A stretch of 64,000 nt of DNA, taken from contig JANJUP010000022.1 of the NCBI GenBank assembly GCA_024710525.1, positions 64,001-128,000 of the forward strand, given 5' to 3'. Numbering within the stretch: the first letter of the stretch is position 1; every line of letters starts with the position of its first letter. Under the pieces are notes generated by a model that saw only the letters and a list, made by a program, of their open reading frames with translations, searched no databases and had not been told where the DNA came from. The position numbers and the translations under genes were made by a program. This DNA is from Candidatus Rifleibacteriota bacterium. Lineage in GTDB: Bacteria; Muiribacteriota; Ozemobacteria; Ozemobacterales; Ozemobacteraceae. This document shows, piece by piece, positions 46,854-57,565 of the stretch.

Positions 46854-47900
46854 TTACCAGTTAAAGCCTTGCCAGCCTTCATAGAGAGCGATCTGGTTGA
46901 CTGCTTCTTTGATGACCGGGTCGGCGTTATTGCTGTTGGCAAGAATAAATGCCCCGCAGCCGCTCGACTCATGGGCGATGAACATCGATCGGTAGCCCTC
47001 GGTATTGCCGGTGTGCCCGAAAAACAGGCCTGGCCCCTTGTCGTTGTAAAGCGCAAATCCCAGGCCGAAAAAGGGCTCACGATATGGCGACAGCATCATT
47101 TTGAGCGACTGTGGCTGAAGCAGCCCTGAAGTGTTGCCCTGAAGTATTTTCTGCAGATGCAGCGCAAATTTGGCCAGGTCGGTGGGGGTTGTCCAGATGC
47201 CGCTGCCAGCCTGAGTCGGGTAGACGAACCAGTTGCCGTCTACCTGTTCGCCGTCAGAGCGATGGCCACAGGCCGCGTTTCTGCTCAAAGGTCCGCTGAG
47301 TGGCTGCGCAAAGCAGCTTCTGTGCATGTTCAATGGTTGCAACAGCTCTCGCTGCACCAGTGCTTCAAAACTTTCGCCGGTAACATCCTGCAAAATCGTC
47401 TGTAGAACCGCAAAAGAGCCGGTAGAATAAGCGAACTGCCCGTCGACCGGCTTTTCGACGACTACCGCCGGCGCATCGCATGGCCCGGTTCCGTTCAATA
47501 CGTCTAACAATGAGGGTAGCGGGCCTTCTTTTGCAAAACCCCGGTAAGTCGGCACATTGATGCCGGAAAAATGGCTGAGCATGCGCCTGATGGTTACCGG
47601 GGTCTTTCTGGTGAAATCGTTGTCAGGCAGTTTCCATGATTTCAGATATTCATTTACCGGTCTGTCGAGGTCCAGTATGCCTTTTTCAACCAGAATCATG
47701 GTTAAAACAGCAGAAATGATCTTGCTGACCGACGCAGCCTGGAAAATCGTGTCAGGCCAGAGAGGCTCGCGCGATTCTTTGCTGATAACGCCTTCACACT
47801 GAGCATACGCAAGATGAAAATCGCGCAGAACCGCGATGCTGATGCCCGCGACATTGTGTTGTTTCAGTAGGTTGTTAAGTTCTTCGGCTGCAAGACTCAT
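46854..47900 (-). CDS. Serine hydrolase of the beta-lactamase/transpeptidase-like family (class C-like)
   Basis: SxxK motif FQAASVSKIIS. Fold-family features. Confidence 0.7.
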   Translation of the reverse strand: MSLAAEELNNLLKQHNVAGISIAVLRDFHLAYAQCEGVISKESREPLWPDTIFQAASVSKIISAVLTMILVEKGILDLDRPVNEYLKSWKLPDNDFTRKTPVTIRRMLSHFSGINVPTYRGFAKEGPLPSLLDVLNGTGPCDAPAVVVEKPVDGQFAYSTGSFAVLQTILQDVTGESFEALVQRELLQPLNMHRSCFAQPLSGPLSRNAACGHRSDGEQVDGNWFVYPTQAGSGIWTTPTDLAKFALHLQKILQGNTSGLLQPQSLKMMLSPYREPFFGLGFALYNDKGPGLFFGHTGNTEGYRSMFIAHESSGCGAFILANSNNADPVIKEAVNQIALYEGWQGFNW

Positions 47901-48002
47901 TTTTGCTCACCTGTTCTGTTGTATCTGGATTGAATTGTCTATTTAAGCTGCAATGACTGCGCAAATATAAAATGTTCAAAGAAATTGCCCGCGATAATGG
48001 CC

Positions 48003-49064
48003 TCAGACGGCCTTGCCTGTCGGCTTGAGAGAGTCGGGATAACGATGCGGTGCCAGGCCTTTCGTCTGATGCCTGATCGGCTGATTTATCAGCTCAGCAG
48101 TCTCTGCAGCCGAAACCGTGATGCCCAGAAAAAGACTGAAAAAATGCCTGATTTCAGCGATCAGGTCGATCTGGTAATGCTCGGGATATAGGCATTTCAT
48201 CAGCCATTTCAGCCCGATAAAGCGCATGAAAGAAGGTGGGCGGTCAAACCAGTTGAAAGGCAGAGACGGAATCAGAAACACGCGCCGGTCTCTTACTGCC
48301 TCTACCTGCTGCCATTCGGGGTTTTTGTAGACATCGGCAAAGAAAGCCCGTTCGAGAGCGATAATGATATCAGGCCCGGCAGCGGCAACCTGCTCGATGC
48401 TGACCCTTTCCATGCCCGCATGCGTCTTGATGTTGCCACGGTGAATGTTTACGTCGCCTGCAAGTTTGAGAAGATGCGCGTGCAGTGAATCATCGAATTC
48501 TGTGGCCAGGCCATCACGGCCTTCCGCATAATAGACCCGCGGGCGGCGGGCGGCCGGAACCTGCTGCAGAACCGCCTCGACTTCGCTCAGTGTCTGTCGG
48601 CAGTATGAAGCCAGTTTGTTGGTTCGCTCTTTCTGGTTGAGCACCTGGCCAAGAAAATCGTAGGCGGCCGGATAGTCGGCCAGATCGACAAGATCGCCCA
48701 TGGTTACATAGACAAACGGCAGGTTGAGGGCATTGAGAGCATCCTCGGATTTTTTATGGAACGGCTTTTTAGTTTCGGCCCAGACGACCACCAGATCGGG
48801 CCGGGCCTTCGCCAGACCGTCGGTGTCAGGCAGCATGCCGATTACCGGCAGTTTATGCAGGCAGGCAGGAAGATACTTCAGACTTTCGCCCGTCAGTGGC
48901 TGAAGCAGCCCCGGCAGCATCTCGGGTGCTATGCTGCAGAGAGCTGTGAACCCATACGGAGAAGCTGAATAAACGGTTTTTATGACTTCAGGCAGGGTAA
49001 CCCGCCGGCCGGCCATGTCGATAATCTCGCGGCCTGTTGGTCTGTTCAGTTCGTCTGCTTGCAT
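48003..49064 (-). CDS. Periplasmic-binding-protein type 2 (siderophore/cobalamin-type) ABC substrate-binding protein homolog, no obvious signal peptide
   Basis: PDLVVVW, LNLPFVYV and PFNWFDRPPS regions resemble the BtuF/FecB-like family. No adjacent permease or ATPase. Confidence 0.5.
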   Translation of the reverse strand: MQADELNRPTGREIIDMAGRRVTLPEVIKTVYSASPYGFTALCSIAPEMLPGLLQPLTGESLKYLPACLHKLPVIGMLPDTDGLAKARPDLVVVWAETKKPFHKKSEDALNALNLPFVYVTMGDLVDLADYPAAYDFLGQVLNQKERTNKLASYCRQTLSEVEAVLQQVPAARRPRVYYAEGRDGLATEFDDSLHAHLLKLAGDVNIHRGNIKTHAGMERVSIEQVAAAGPDIIIALERAFFADVYKNPEWQQVEAVRDRRVFLIPSLPFNWFDRPPSFMRFIGLKWLMKCLYPEHYQIDLIAEIRHFFSLFLGITVSAAETAELINQPIRHQTKGLAPHRYPDSLKPTGKAV

Positions 49065-49272
49065 GTTTTTCTCCCGATTCGCTTATATCTGGAGCCCGGG
49101 CCTGTATCTGCCGGCAATTTTAAGTCTGTTCGTCAGTTTAACAGTTTTAACCGGCAATGCAAAGCATCGGCCATTATTTGCGGCAATCTGGCTCTTTAAC
49201 TCGGAAAAAGCCGTAAAAAAGGGCTGTCTCACGCGATAGAGCCAGCCCTTTGCTTAAGTCAGCAGCAGAATT

Positions 49273-52200
49273 TTAAAACCAGCCGGTAATGGTATCCCAT
49301 GCGCCTTTGGCAATGTTTTCCATGGTGTCGGCAACCTTACTGGCAATTTTCTCAGCATTGCTGGCAAGATCTTTGGCAGTGCTGGCGGCAAGCTTTGCAC
49401 CGCTCTCAGCGACATTTTTGACGGTCTCGGCCTTCTTGGCCGCCTCATTTTTGATATTTTTCCAGTTTTCTTCCGGCGACCGGCCAAAAGTGTTTATCAG
49501 TTCTTTGCCCACGTCTTCGCCAAGTTCTGCAATGCTTTTACAGGCGTTATCCATAAAAGCCAGAGGGTCTTTGACCAGATCTTCAGCAATCTTGATAACC
49601 TTTGCAGCAATGGCTTCCGTCAGCTTGTTTTTCAGGCCGGTATCCGAAATGGCTGCCGGAGTGGTTACCGTAAAGCCCATACCAAAAGCTGAACAGACAA
49701 CTTTCACCTCAGGCAGTTTTCCTTTGGCAAAATCGTCGAGAGAGCCGCTTACTTTTATACTTCTGATCTTCAGAATCGAATCGCCAACCAGCTTGACTGC
49801 GGCCTTTATGACATCATTGTTGCCAACTTTCCCGATTACCTGTTTTTCGATATCTTCGACAAAGTCGCTTTTTGCTTCACCAGAACAGTAAAGGCTGCCG
49901 CCCTTGCTGATATCTTTCAGCAGCGAATGGTCGCCCTTTCCGGTAATGTTAATGTTGAAGGCCGACCCCAGGTCGCCAGTCAGATCGACTTTCAGGCTGT
50001 CTTTGGCGGCGTCGAGAAAGATGTTCATGCGGGCCTTGAGAATATCGACGCGGCCGCTGATGTAACAACGCTGTTCGAGGGTGTATGGCGGTTTCGTCAG
50101 GGGCCAGTATTCGATGTCGATAGCCGGGCCGTCATCACTGGTCGAATCTTTTTTGTCAGCACCTGCGCCAGAAATGCCAAGGTCGCCGATTTTGAAACCC
50201 CTTATCCAGGCCTTGCATCTGACGCCTTCTTCTGCGGCCATCCAGAAGTCTGTGCCGCCAAGGTCGGTGGCGCCAAGTGCCAGAATCCCTTTAACAGTAA
50301 GCCCCTTCTGAATGTTCAGGGCCGGGATATCGATTTCGGAAATACAGAACTCAGGATCTTTGATTTTCAGTTCATCAATCGGCAGGTCGATTAGCTTTAA
50401 ATCAGGAATTTTTACTTTTGGCAGTGCCAGTTTCAGCAGTATGCCATGCATTTTGATCAGATCGCCAAGGCTCAGGTCGCGATCTAGCTTGAATTTTAAT
50501 GCCGAAATGGCAACTGGCGAAGAAAAAGAAAGCGCACCGGAAAAGTCAAAACAGAACCCGTCGCCCATGTCGATGACACCGCCCAGAGCCAGGTTCGGCA
50601 GTTTGCCAAAATTGCCGCTGATCGCCATGTTGCCGATTGAAAGGCCCTTTATGCCGAATGGATTTTTCCAGATCCCCGGAATGAGGCCGGAAACTGAAAT
50701 TCCATCCAGAGGGTTGCAACCCAGCGGAAAAGCTAACTGAAGCGGCAGTGAAAGTTTCAGTTGTTTTGACAAATTCAGATCCAGGTCTGCCAGAATGTTG
50801 ATTCCCTGAAACTTTCCGACGCCGATTTCCAGATACTGAACCAGCAGCTTCAAATACTTCCAGTCAGGGAGAAATTTGGGCAGAAAGCCGTCACGCAACC
50901 TGGCTCTGAGTTTGACCGGTTCATCTTTTTCCGGCGGAAAAACCGCGGTAAAAATGACAGTTGGTGGTGCGGCCTTCAAAACAGAAAAAGACTCGGTCAG
51001 AACGCTGTTATCTTTGGCACTGGCAGCCAGCCAGGCGTTTTCGCCCTTGTCAAAATTGAAGACAGTGCTGTTGTCGCCAGAAAACTCTTTAAAACTGTCT
51101 CTTATCTGGTCAGGCAATTCGTCGAAAGCCCATTCATGCTCTTCACTCGCATAGGTTACCGCTGTTTGCGAGAACTTGAGCTGGCTAAGGGGCTTTTCAT
51201 TCATGCCAGGCAGCCGGCTTAAAACTTTTTCAGTTGGAACCAGCGCCACAAAGCCAGTGCGCAGACCCTGTTCTTTGTATAAGCGCGACAGAACCATGAT
51301 TTTGCCAGAAATCTCGCCAAACCGGTTGAAATTCAGTTTCGCATCGCCGCTCAGGCACATCCATGGCTGACCCTTTTCATCACCGGCAGCAATTTCGCCC
51401 TGACTGAAAACAGCATTATCCACTTCAACACCCTTGATGAAGGGCAGCTGATTCAACCCGGGAACGGTATCCAGGCTTACTTTTCCACCAGCGGCCGTGA
51501 TTTTTTTAATGCTGTCAGTAAAAGAGCGGCTCGAGAATTCAACTTTTGTTAAGGCATGGGTCGCAGTTGTGCCGCCCTCAAGGGTCTCAGAACTGCCGTC
51601 AAGCTCTGAACCCTTTTTTTGAGCACTCTGTGCCTGTTCGATCTTTTTGTTCAGCTCGCCGGCACTGGCAGTCAACTCCTGCTGTTGCTGCAGGTAAAGA
51701 TCGGCAACCTTCTGCTGCGTCAGCGCTATTATGGCATTACGAACCAGACTTACATAGCCGTTATAGGCGTCGTTGTAGGCATCCTGACCGGAAAGGCCTT
51801 TGATAACATATGCCGGGGCAACTGGTTTGTCATTATAGTTGTCTCTGACGTGAAATGTATTGGTCACCAGAAATGGGAGTGAGGCATTCTTATCATCAAC
51901 CGTCTGCGACCAGACCGCGCAGTCTTTTTTGGCGCCCGATTTTTTATCGGTCCAGATATGCCCGATGTATCTGCCCGGCAAAATGAGGTCAGACCTGACG
52001 CAGCGCATGATGCCCAGATCGGTTGGTTTTGCGTGACTCCTTTGTGTAACGACTCCGAGAGAGACATAGCCTTTGGGCGGCACCGGATACCAGAAAGAGC
52101 CATCCCAGTCAGCGCCTGATTTTTTGTCATCCCAGAGCCAGGTGTAATCTGTGGGTTTTGCCAGAAACGGGCCTTTTTCATCGCCGGCAGGATTGTTGTC

Positions 52201-52767
52201 ATCCCACTTAACCATCAACGCAGGAACCTTCGGGCTGTCTGTCGACATCGAATCAACAGCGATGTCACCCAGGCTTACCCAGCCATTAGGCCGAAATGGT
52301 CTCCAGACACCAAGATCCATGGCGCCGCCTGTGCCTTTATCGCGCCAGATCATTTCGTATGACCAGGTGTAAGCACAACGCAGATGAGGTGTCAGAATGG
52401 TGTTTTCTTCAAGCTGCTGTGCTATTTTTTTTAATGCGTCTTCGTAAATCTTTTTAAAAGGATTCGAGCTCTGGGGCGATTTTTGAGCATCCGGCTTAAC
52501 TTCGGGCACCAGCTTTTTTAAAGTGTTTTCACGTATTTTTTCAACAACATTCAAACTTCGGGTCGATTTTATAGGACCCTTCTTTGAACCGGGCGTCATG
52601 GACATCGACCGCTCTACTCCAGAGGCCTTCTCAATACTTTGAGGATTTGTGAGCACCTTGCCCATGGCTTCGCCGAAAGCGCTTGGCGCCTGGGCCTCGC
52701 AGACCCCGGTCACAGATAAAAAGAGCGCAAACCCACAAAGCGGGAACAGATAATTTTTTAACGGCAA
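49273..52767 (-). CDS. Very large secreted protein (1164 aa) with N-terminal Vps62/DUF946-like repeats
   Basis: Signal peptide MPLKNYLFPLCGFALFLSVTGVCEA. Three repeats of W.DK.[ST]G...D...W.P..P.G[WY]VSLG.[IV]. Lys/Ala-rich coiled-coil-like C-terminus. Confidence 0.5.
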   Translation of the reverse strand: MPLKNYLFPLCGFALFLSVTGVCEAQAPSAFGEAMGKVLTNPQSIEKASGVERSMSMTPGSKKGPIKSTRSLNVVEKIRENTLKKLVPEVKPDAQKSPQSSNPFKKIYEDALKKIAQQLEENTILTPHLRCAYTWSYEMIWRDKGTGGAMDLGVWRPFRPNGWVSLGDIAVDSMSTDSPKVPALMVKWDDNNPAGDEKGPFLAKPTDYTWLWDDKKSGADWDGSFWYPVPPKGYVSLGVVTQRSHAKPTDLGIMRCVRSDLILPGRYIGHIWTDKKSGAKKDCAVWSQTVDDKNASLPFLVTNTFHVRDNYNDKPVAPAYVIKGLSGQDAYNDAYNGYVSLVRNAIIALTQQKVADLYLQQQQELTASAGELNKKIEQAQSAQKKGSELDGSSETLEGGTTATHALTKVEFSSRSFTDSIKKITAAGGKVSLDTVPGLNQLPFIKGVEVDNAVFSQGEIAAGDEKGQPWMCLSGDAKLNFNRFGEISGKIMVLSRLYKEQGLRTGFVALVPTEKVLSRLPGMNEKPLSQLKFSQTAVTYASEEHEWAFDELPDQIRDSFKEFSGDNSTVFNFDKGENAWLAASAKDNSVLTESFSVLKAAPPTVIFTAVFPPEKDEPVKLRARLRDGFLPKFLPDWKYLKLLVQYLEIGVGKFQGINILADLDLNLSKQLKLSLPLQLAFPLGCNPLDGISVSGLIPGIWKNPFGIKGLSIGNMAISGNFGKLPNLALGGVIDMGDGFCFDFSGALSFSSPVAISALKFKLDRDLSLGDLIKMHGILLKLALPKVKIPDLKLIDLPIDELKIKDPEFCISEIDIPALNIQKGLTVKGILALGATDLGGTDFWMAAEEGVRCKAWIRGFKIGDLGISGAGADKKDSTSDDGPAIDIEYWPLTKPPYTLEQRCYISGRVDILKARMNIFLDAAKDSLKVDLTGDLGSAFNINITGKGDHSLLKDISKGGSLYCSGEAKSDFVEDIEKQVIGKVGNNDVIKAAVKLVGDSILKIRSIKVSGSLDDFAKGKLPEVKVVCSAFGMGFTVTTPAAISDTGLKNKLTEAIAAKVIKIAEDLVKDPLAFMDNACKSIAELGEDVGKELINTFGRSPEENWKNIKNEAAKKAETVKNVAESGAKLAASTAKDLASNAEKIASKVADTMENIAKGAWDTITGWF

Positions 52768-52972
52768 TTCAACCTCCCTGGCTTGCTGCCAGACTTTTAT
52801 CAGCAGCGCAGAAAAAAATATGGAATGACAGAATTCTATTTATATAAAGTAATGCCCCAGAAGCAATTAAACAATAACGGATTCGCAAAACGCTGCTTTT
52901 GCCGAAAAATTTCTAAACCCGCTTGTGCCGCCTCGCGTTCTAATTTCCAGAACACCAGCGAGGAGGTCGATC

Positions 52973-53437
52973 ATGAAAAAGTTTGCCAGTGCCCTGAGGT
53001 TATCTCTTGCCGTGGCTGTAATTTTTTGCGCCATGACCGCTCTTATGGCCGAAGAAAGCCAGAACAACGAAACTGCGGTCATCGATCGGCTCTGTCAAAA
53101 TTTCACATTTCAGGGCGAAAATGCCGCCCACGACCCATTCAGGCCGCTTATCACAAAAAAGGTTGTCGCACCGGTTAAAATCGAACGACAGCCTGAACCC
53201 GTTCCGCAAAAAGAAGTTGCAAAGGTGATACCGCCTCTTAAACTGACAGTTACCGGCATTTGCGGCAACGATAACGTCAGGGAGGCCGTCGTTCAGTTCG
53301 AAAACGATGAACATATCGTCAGACCCGGCCAGGTTGTGAACGGTAAATTCAAGGTCGTTGACATCGAGAACGGCAGAGTCGTCGTTTACTCGATCGGGGA
53401 AGCCCGCCGCGCCACCTTCGCGCTCAACGAAAATTGA
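52973..53437 (+). CDS. Small secreted hypothetical protein
   Basis: GGAGG RBS then ATG at 52973; signal peptide MKKFASALRLSLAVAVIFCAMTALMA. Confidence 0.5.
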   Translation: MKKFASALRLSLAVAVIFCAMTALMAEESQNNETAVIDRLCQNFTFQGENAAHDPFRPLITKKVVAPVKIERQPEPVPQKEVAKVIPPLKLTVTGICGNDNVREAVVQFENDEHIVRPGQVVNGKFKVVDIENGRVVVYSIGEARRATFALNEN

Positions 53438-53473
53438 CAAGGCCGCGCTGTCTGCGTATCTGCCTAAACATAA

Positions 53474-53504
53474 AAATCCCCGGCAACTTGATGGCCGGGG
53501 ATTT
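53474..53504 (+). terminator. Putative rho-independent terminator
   Basis: Stem aaatccccggc / gccggggattt with loop aacttgatg. Weak T-run. Confidence 0.4.
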
Positions 53505-53895
53505 TATGCAATTGCCGGAAATAAAAAGCTGGCACCACACACAACCGGAGAGATCCATTACCTGAGAGTCAGACAAGAACCCAAACGCAAAAGCGCCCGA
53601 AAGAAAAGTGGTGCCAGCTATATTGAATGTATCCAATAAAAACACGAACGCAAGTGATATTTTTCCGAGCAGCTGAGTTACTGGTTACAACCTCCATTTT
53701 CGGCTCACTGTGCAAATTGACTTGTTTGAAGGCCACAGGATATAATCCGTCTGTCAGATAGTTAAAACTAAAGAACAATTCTCTGAAAACCTCGTTTTAC
53801 CTCGATCGACAGAGAGAATTACTTTATACCAGGCAGGAACAATAGTCATAAATTGCCTGCGCAGTCATGATTAAACGATTCCGGGAGGTTAGAGT

Positions 53896-56800
53896 TTGTT
53901 ATCTCATCTTCTGAGCCTTGTTCAAGAAAAAAATCTTGAAAAATCAGCTCTGCAATTTACTGCCATCCTGGAAAAGCTTTTTCCTGAAACCCGTTTTGCA
54001 TTTATCCCGACTGGTGAACCTGCACCGAATGACGGTTTTCCGATCGAAACGCCCGGAAGACATTATGGCTGGCTTTCCATTGCCGGTTATTCTGCATTGG
54101 CCAATGAACAGCTGAAGCTTATTGCAGATGCAGCGCGGGTGTATGCAGTTATCGTCGAGAACAACGCGACAGAATCAACTCTGAGTTACGAAGAGTTGCG
54201 CCGGGAAAACGAGCAGCTTCGTAATGAGCTGATCAGGTATCGGCAGGTTGATAACGAATTGCGTGAAAGCCAGGAGATTTTTTCCACTTTCATGGAGCAT
54301 AACCCTGCCTACGTTTTTTTCAAGGATGAGAATCTGCGGGCCATCAGATTAAGTAGAAACTACGAGCAGATGCTGGGCCGGCCTCTTTCGGAACTCCTGA
54401 ATAAGACAAGCGATGAGTTGTTTCCGGAAGAGCTTGCAAAGCCTATGATTGCTGCTGACCGCAGTATTCTTGATGAAGGCAGAGCTGTTACGATTGAAGA
54501 AGAATTTAATGGCCGCTTTTATTCAACTTTAAAATTTCCGATCAAAATTGCTGGCCGGCCGAGCCATCTGGCCGGTTTTACCATTGATATCACCAGGCTT
54601 AAACTCGCAGAAAAAGCATTGCGCGAGAGTGAAGCCATGCTTGCCCGCTCGCAGCAGATCGCACATGTTGGCAGCTGGGTTCTTGACCTGACAATTGACC
54701 AGCTCATCTGGTCTGAAGAGACTTATCGAATTTTCGGCATAAATTCACACGATTTTGTGCTGTCTTTTGCGGCCTTTCTGGAAACCGTCCACCCTGACGA
54801 CCGTAATGCCCTTGAAGCCATGTATTTATCTTCTTTCAGAGAAAACCAGGCTGGTTATGAAATTGAACACCGGATTATTCGCCAGGATAATCGTGAAGTT
54901 CGATATGTCCTGGAAAAGTGTTTTCATGAGCGCAATAAAGACGGAGAAGTTGTTCGCTCGGTAGGCATAGTTCAGGATATTACCGGGCGCAAGCTCGCCG
55001 AAGAAGAGTTACGCAGGGCAATAGCTATTGCTGAAGAGAATGAGACCCGTTTTAAGGCCCTTCATAATGCTTCTTTTGGTGGTATTGCCATTCACGATAA
55101 AGGGATTATTCTTGACTGCAATCAGGGGTTGTCTGAAATCACCGGCTACCCGGTAGATGAATTGATTGGCATGGATGGCCTGCTGTTAATAGCTGAAAAG
55201 TCCCGAGACATGGTTAGAGCTCATATCAGAGAAGGGTATGAAAAGCCTTACGAAGGAATCGGGCGGCGTAAGAACGGTGAAGAGTTTCCATTGCGTCTGG
55301 AAGCTCGTGAAATCCCTTACCGGGGTCGGCGGGTAAGAAGTGTAGAATTCAGGGATATAACCGAACAGAAAAGAGCCGAGTCTGTGCTTGCTGCAGAAAA
55401 AGAGCGTCTGGCAGTAACCCTGCGCAGCATTGGTGATGGGGTTATCACAACCGATACTCAGGGAAATGTCATAATGATGAACAGGGTTGCCGAGGATCTC
55501 ACCGGCTGGCAGCAGCACGAAGCTCAGGGCCTGCCACTCGATAATATTTTCAGGATCATCAATGAAAAGACGCGTGAGCCTGCCGAAAACCCGGTAGCAA
55601 AAGTGATTGCATCAGGAAGTATCATCGAGCTGGCAAACCATACTTTGCTGATTTCCCGAAACGGTGCCGAATTAAATATTGCCGACAGTGGCGCTCCGAT
55701 TAAGGATGCCAGCGGTATTATCATTGGTGTGGTGCTGGTTTTTCGCGATATGACCGAGAAACAGAAACTTCTGGACTCGTTGCAGAGAACTGACAAGCTT
55801 GAAGCCATAGGGGTTCTGGCAGGTGGGATCGCGCATGATTTTAATAATCTGCTGTCGGGGATTTTCAGTTATATCGAACTTGCCCGCATGGCTACTGATC
55901 CAAAAAAGATCGCCAGCTATCTTGATCAGGCTCTGGTAGTTTTTGACCGCGCCAAAAACCTGACGAGCCAGCTTCTTGCGTTTGCCAAAGGTGGCGCGCC
56001 AAAACGAAAGACAGGCGATCTTGGGCTGGTGGTCAAAGAAGCTGCCATGTTTGCTCTATCTGGCTCGTCGATTACCTGTAAATTCGATATTGCTGAAGAT
56101 TTGTGGGCGGCTGATTTTGACAAGGGCCAGATTGAACAGGTCATCGATAACCTGATTATTAATGCCCAGCAGGCAATGCCTGTCGGCGGCATGATTACTA
56201 TAAGAGGCCGGAATTATGTTGCCAGAGATGGCGAAAACCCGCTGCTCAAACCTGGTAAATATATCAGGATTTCTGTTGCCGATACTGGCATTGGCATGCC
56301 AGCCAGCCTTCTTAAAAGAATTTTCGACCCGTTTTTTACCACAAAACAGAAGGGTAATGGCCTCGGGCTGACAACCTGCTATGCCATCATTCAGAAGCAT
56401 GCCGGCATGATCGATGTCGAATCGGTAATTGGAGAGGGGGCGACTTTTCATGTTTTTATACCGGCTTCAAGCAACGTGCCTGACACCAAAGATCATTCCG
56501 CGCCGGTTTCCCATGTCGGGCATGGCCGGATACTGATTATGGATGACGAAGAGTTTCTCAGGAACATAGTCGGCATCCTGCTTCGGGAAATGGGCTACCA
56601 GGTTGTCGAGGCCAGAAACGGTGAAGAAGCGGTAAGGCTGCTTACTGAACCCGGTGCGCCTGTAATAGATGCCGCCATTTTTGATTTGACCATTCCCGGC
56701 GGCATGGGTGGCAAGGACGCGATTGTACAGGTGCGCAAAAAATTGCCTGACCTGGTTGTTTTTGTTTCGAGTGGCTATTCAGAAGATCCTGTCATGGCGC

Positions 56801-56904
56801 AGCCACAGCAATATGGGTTTACCGACAGCCTTTGTAAGCCATATCGCAAATCAGAACTTGCAGCAATGCTGGACCGTTATGCGAAGAAGCAGAGAGTGCC
56901 CTGA
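53896..56904 (+). CDS. Cytoplasmic multi-sensor hybrid histidine kinase (multiple PAS domains, HisKA, HATPase_c, C-terminal receiver)
   Basis: Several PAS-like segments. H-box IAHDFNNLLSGI. N, G1 and G2 boxes (DTGIGMPA, GNGLGL). Receiver domain ILIMDDEEF...DLTIPGGMGG...K. No TM segment. Start probably TTG at 53896 after GGGAGG. Confidence 0.85.
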   Translation: MLSHLLSLVQEKNLEKSALQFTAILEKLFPETRFAFIPTGEPAPNDGFPIETPGRHYGWLSIAGYSALANEQLKLIADAARVYAVIVENNATESTLSYEELRRENEQLRNELIRYRQVDNELRESQEIFSTFMEHNPAYVFFKDENLRAIRLSRNYEQMLGRPLSELLNKTSDELFPEELAKPMIAADRSILDEGRAVTIEEEFNGRFYSTLKFPIKIAGRPSHLAGFTIDITRLKLAEKALRESEAMLARSQQIAHVGSWVLDLTIDQLIWSEETYRIFGINSHDFVLSFAAFLETVHPDDRNALEAMYLSSFRENQAGYEIEHRIIRQDNREVRYVLEKCFHERNKDGEVVRSVGIVQDITGRKLAEEELRRAIAIAEENETRFKALHNASFGGIAIHDKGIILDCNQGLSEITGYPVDELIGMDGLLLIAEKSRDMVRAHIREGYEKPYEGIGRRKNGEEFPLRLEAREIPYRGRRVRSVEFRDITEQKRAESVLAAEKERLAVTLRSIGDGVITTDTQGNVIMMNRVAEDLTGWQQHEAQGLPLDNIFRIINEKTREPAENPVAKVIASGSIIELANHTLLISRNGAELNIADSGAPIKDASGIIIGVVLVFRDMTEKQKLLDSLQRTDKLEAIGVLAGGIAHDFNNLLSGIFSYIELARMATDPKKIASYLDQALVVFDRAKNLTSQLLAFAKGGAPKRKTGDLGLVVKEAAMFALSGSSITCKFDIAEDLWAADFDKGQIEQVIDNLIINAQQAMPVGGMITIRGRNYVARDGENPLLKPGKYIRISVADTGIGMPASLLKRIFDPFFTTKQKGNGLGLTTCYAIIQKHAGMIDVESVIGEGATFHVFIPASSNVPDTKDHSAPVSHVGHGRILIMDDEEFLRNIVGILLREMGYQVVEARNGEEAVRLLTEPGAPVIDAAIFDLTIPGGMGGKDAIVQVRKKLPDLVVFVSSGYSEDPVMAQPQQYGFTDSLCKPYRKSELAAMLDRYAKKQRVP

Positions 56905-56973
56905 ATATCCACTGCATCCCGCAATCCACGGCTTGTCAGATCAAAATAAGATCATCAGCTTCACACGTTTTTG

Positions 56974-57002
56974 TTGTCTATAAGTCTAAACATATCTATA
57001 TT
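56974..57002 (+). promoter_or_regulatory. Sigma-70-like promoter (TTGTCT-17-TATATT), paralogous to the one at 44425-44453
   Basis: TTGTCT 56974-56979, TATATT 56997-57002. Shared flanking sequence with the serpin promoter. Confidence 0.55.
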
Positions 57003-57097
57003 ACCAGCTGAACAGCAATTTTTCGAGACTTGTAAGCATGATCCGCTTGTAGCAGGAATCAAATGTCCCGCGAGTAATAAAAACAGGAATTTAAACA

Positions 57098-57478
57098 ATG
57101 GAATATATCTGTAGAATTTGCAACCAGCCCAGACCAGAGTCGGCCTTTACTGAAAAAAGCCATTCTTTGCACACTTGCAAAAAATGTAATGTTTTACCCA
57201 ATCAGAGAACTGAAGAGCGTGATCAATTAGATGAAATTTTTAAAATTTTCATGCAGACGCGCATCTCACAGAAAGACACAGTGAGACTTAAGACCTTATG
57301 CACCAGCAAATATCCCAGGGTTGCTACACATGCGACTCTGGTTTTTGAAGTTTCCCAGCTCAGGCCTTACAAAAAAGGAAGATTTGCTTTTCTGGAACAG
57401 AAATACCCCGAGCTCGCAAAAAGAATTGAAGACGCCGGATTTTTTTACCCTCAATACATCAAGACAAACAGCAATTAG
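57098..57478 (+). CDS. Small zinc-ribbon-containing hypothetical protein
   Basis: CRICN...CKKC (two CxxC pairs). Downstream of the conserved promoter. Confidence 0.45.
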   Translation: MEYICRICNQPRPESAFTEKSHSLHTCKKCNVLPNQRTEERDQLDEIFKIFMQTRISQKDTVRLKTLCTSKYPRVATHATLVFEVSQLRPYKKGRFAFLEQKYPELAKRIEDAGFFYPQYIKTNSN

Positions 57479-57565
57479 AAATCTGGGGGAAAACGCTCTG
57501 CGCTGCGTTTTACTGCACGCTTAAGTGCCCTGCTTCCAACCCGATGCAATAGCGCCGGATCAGAA

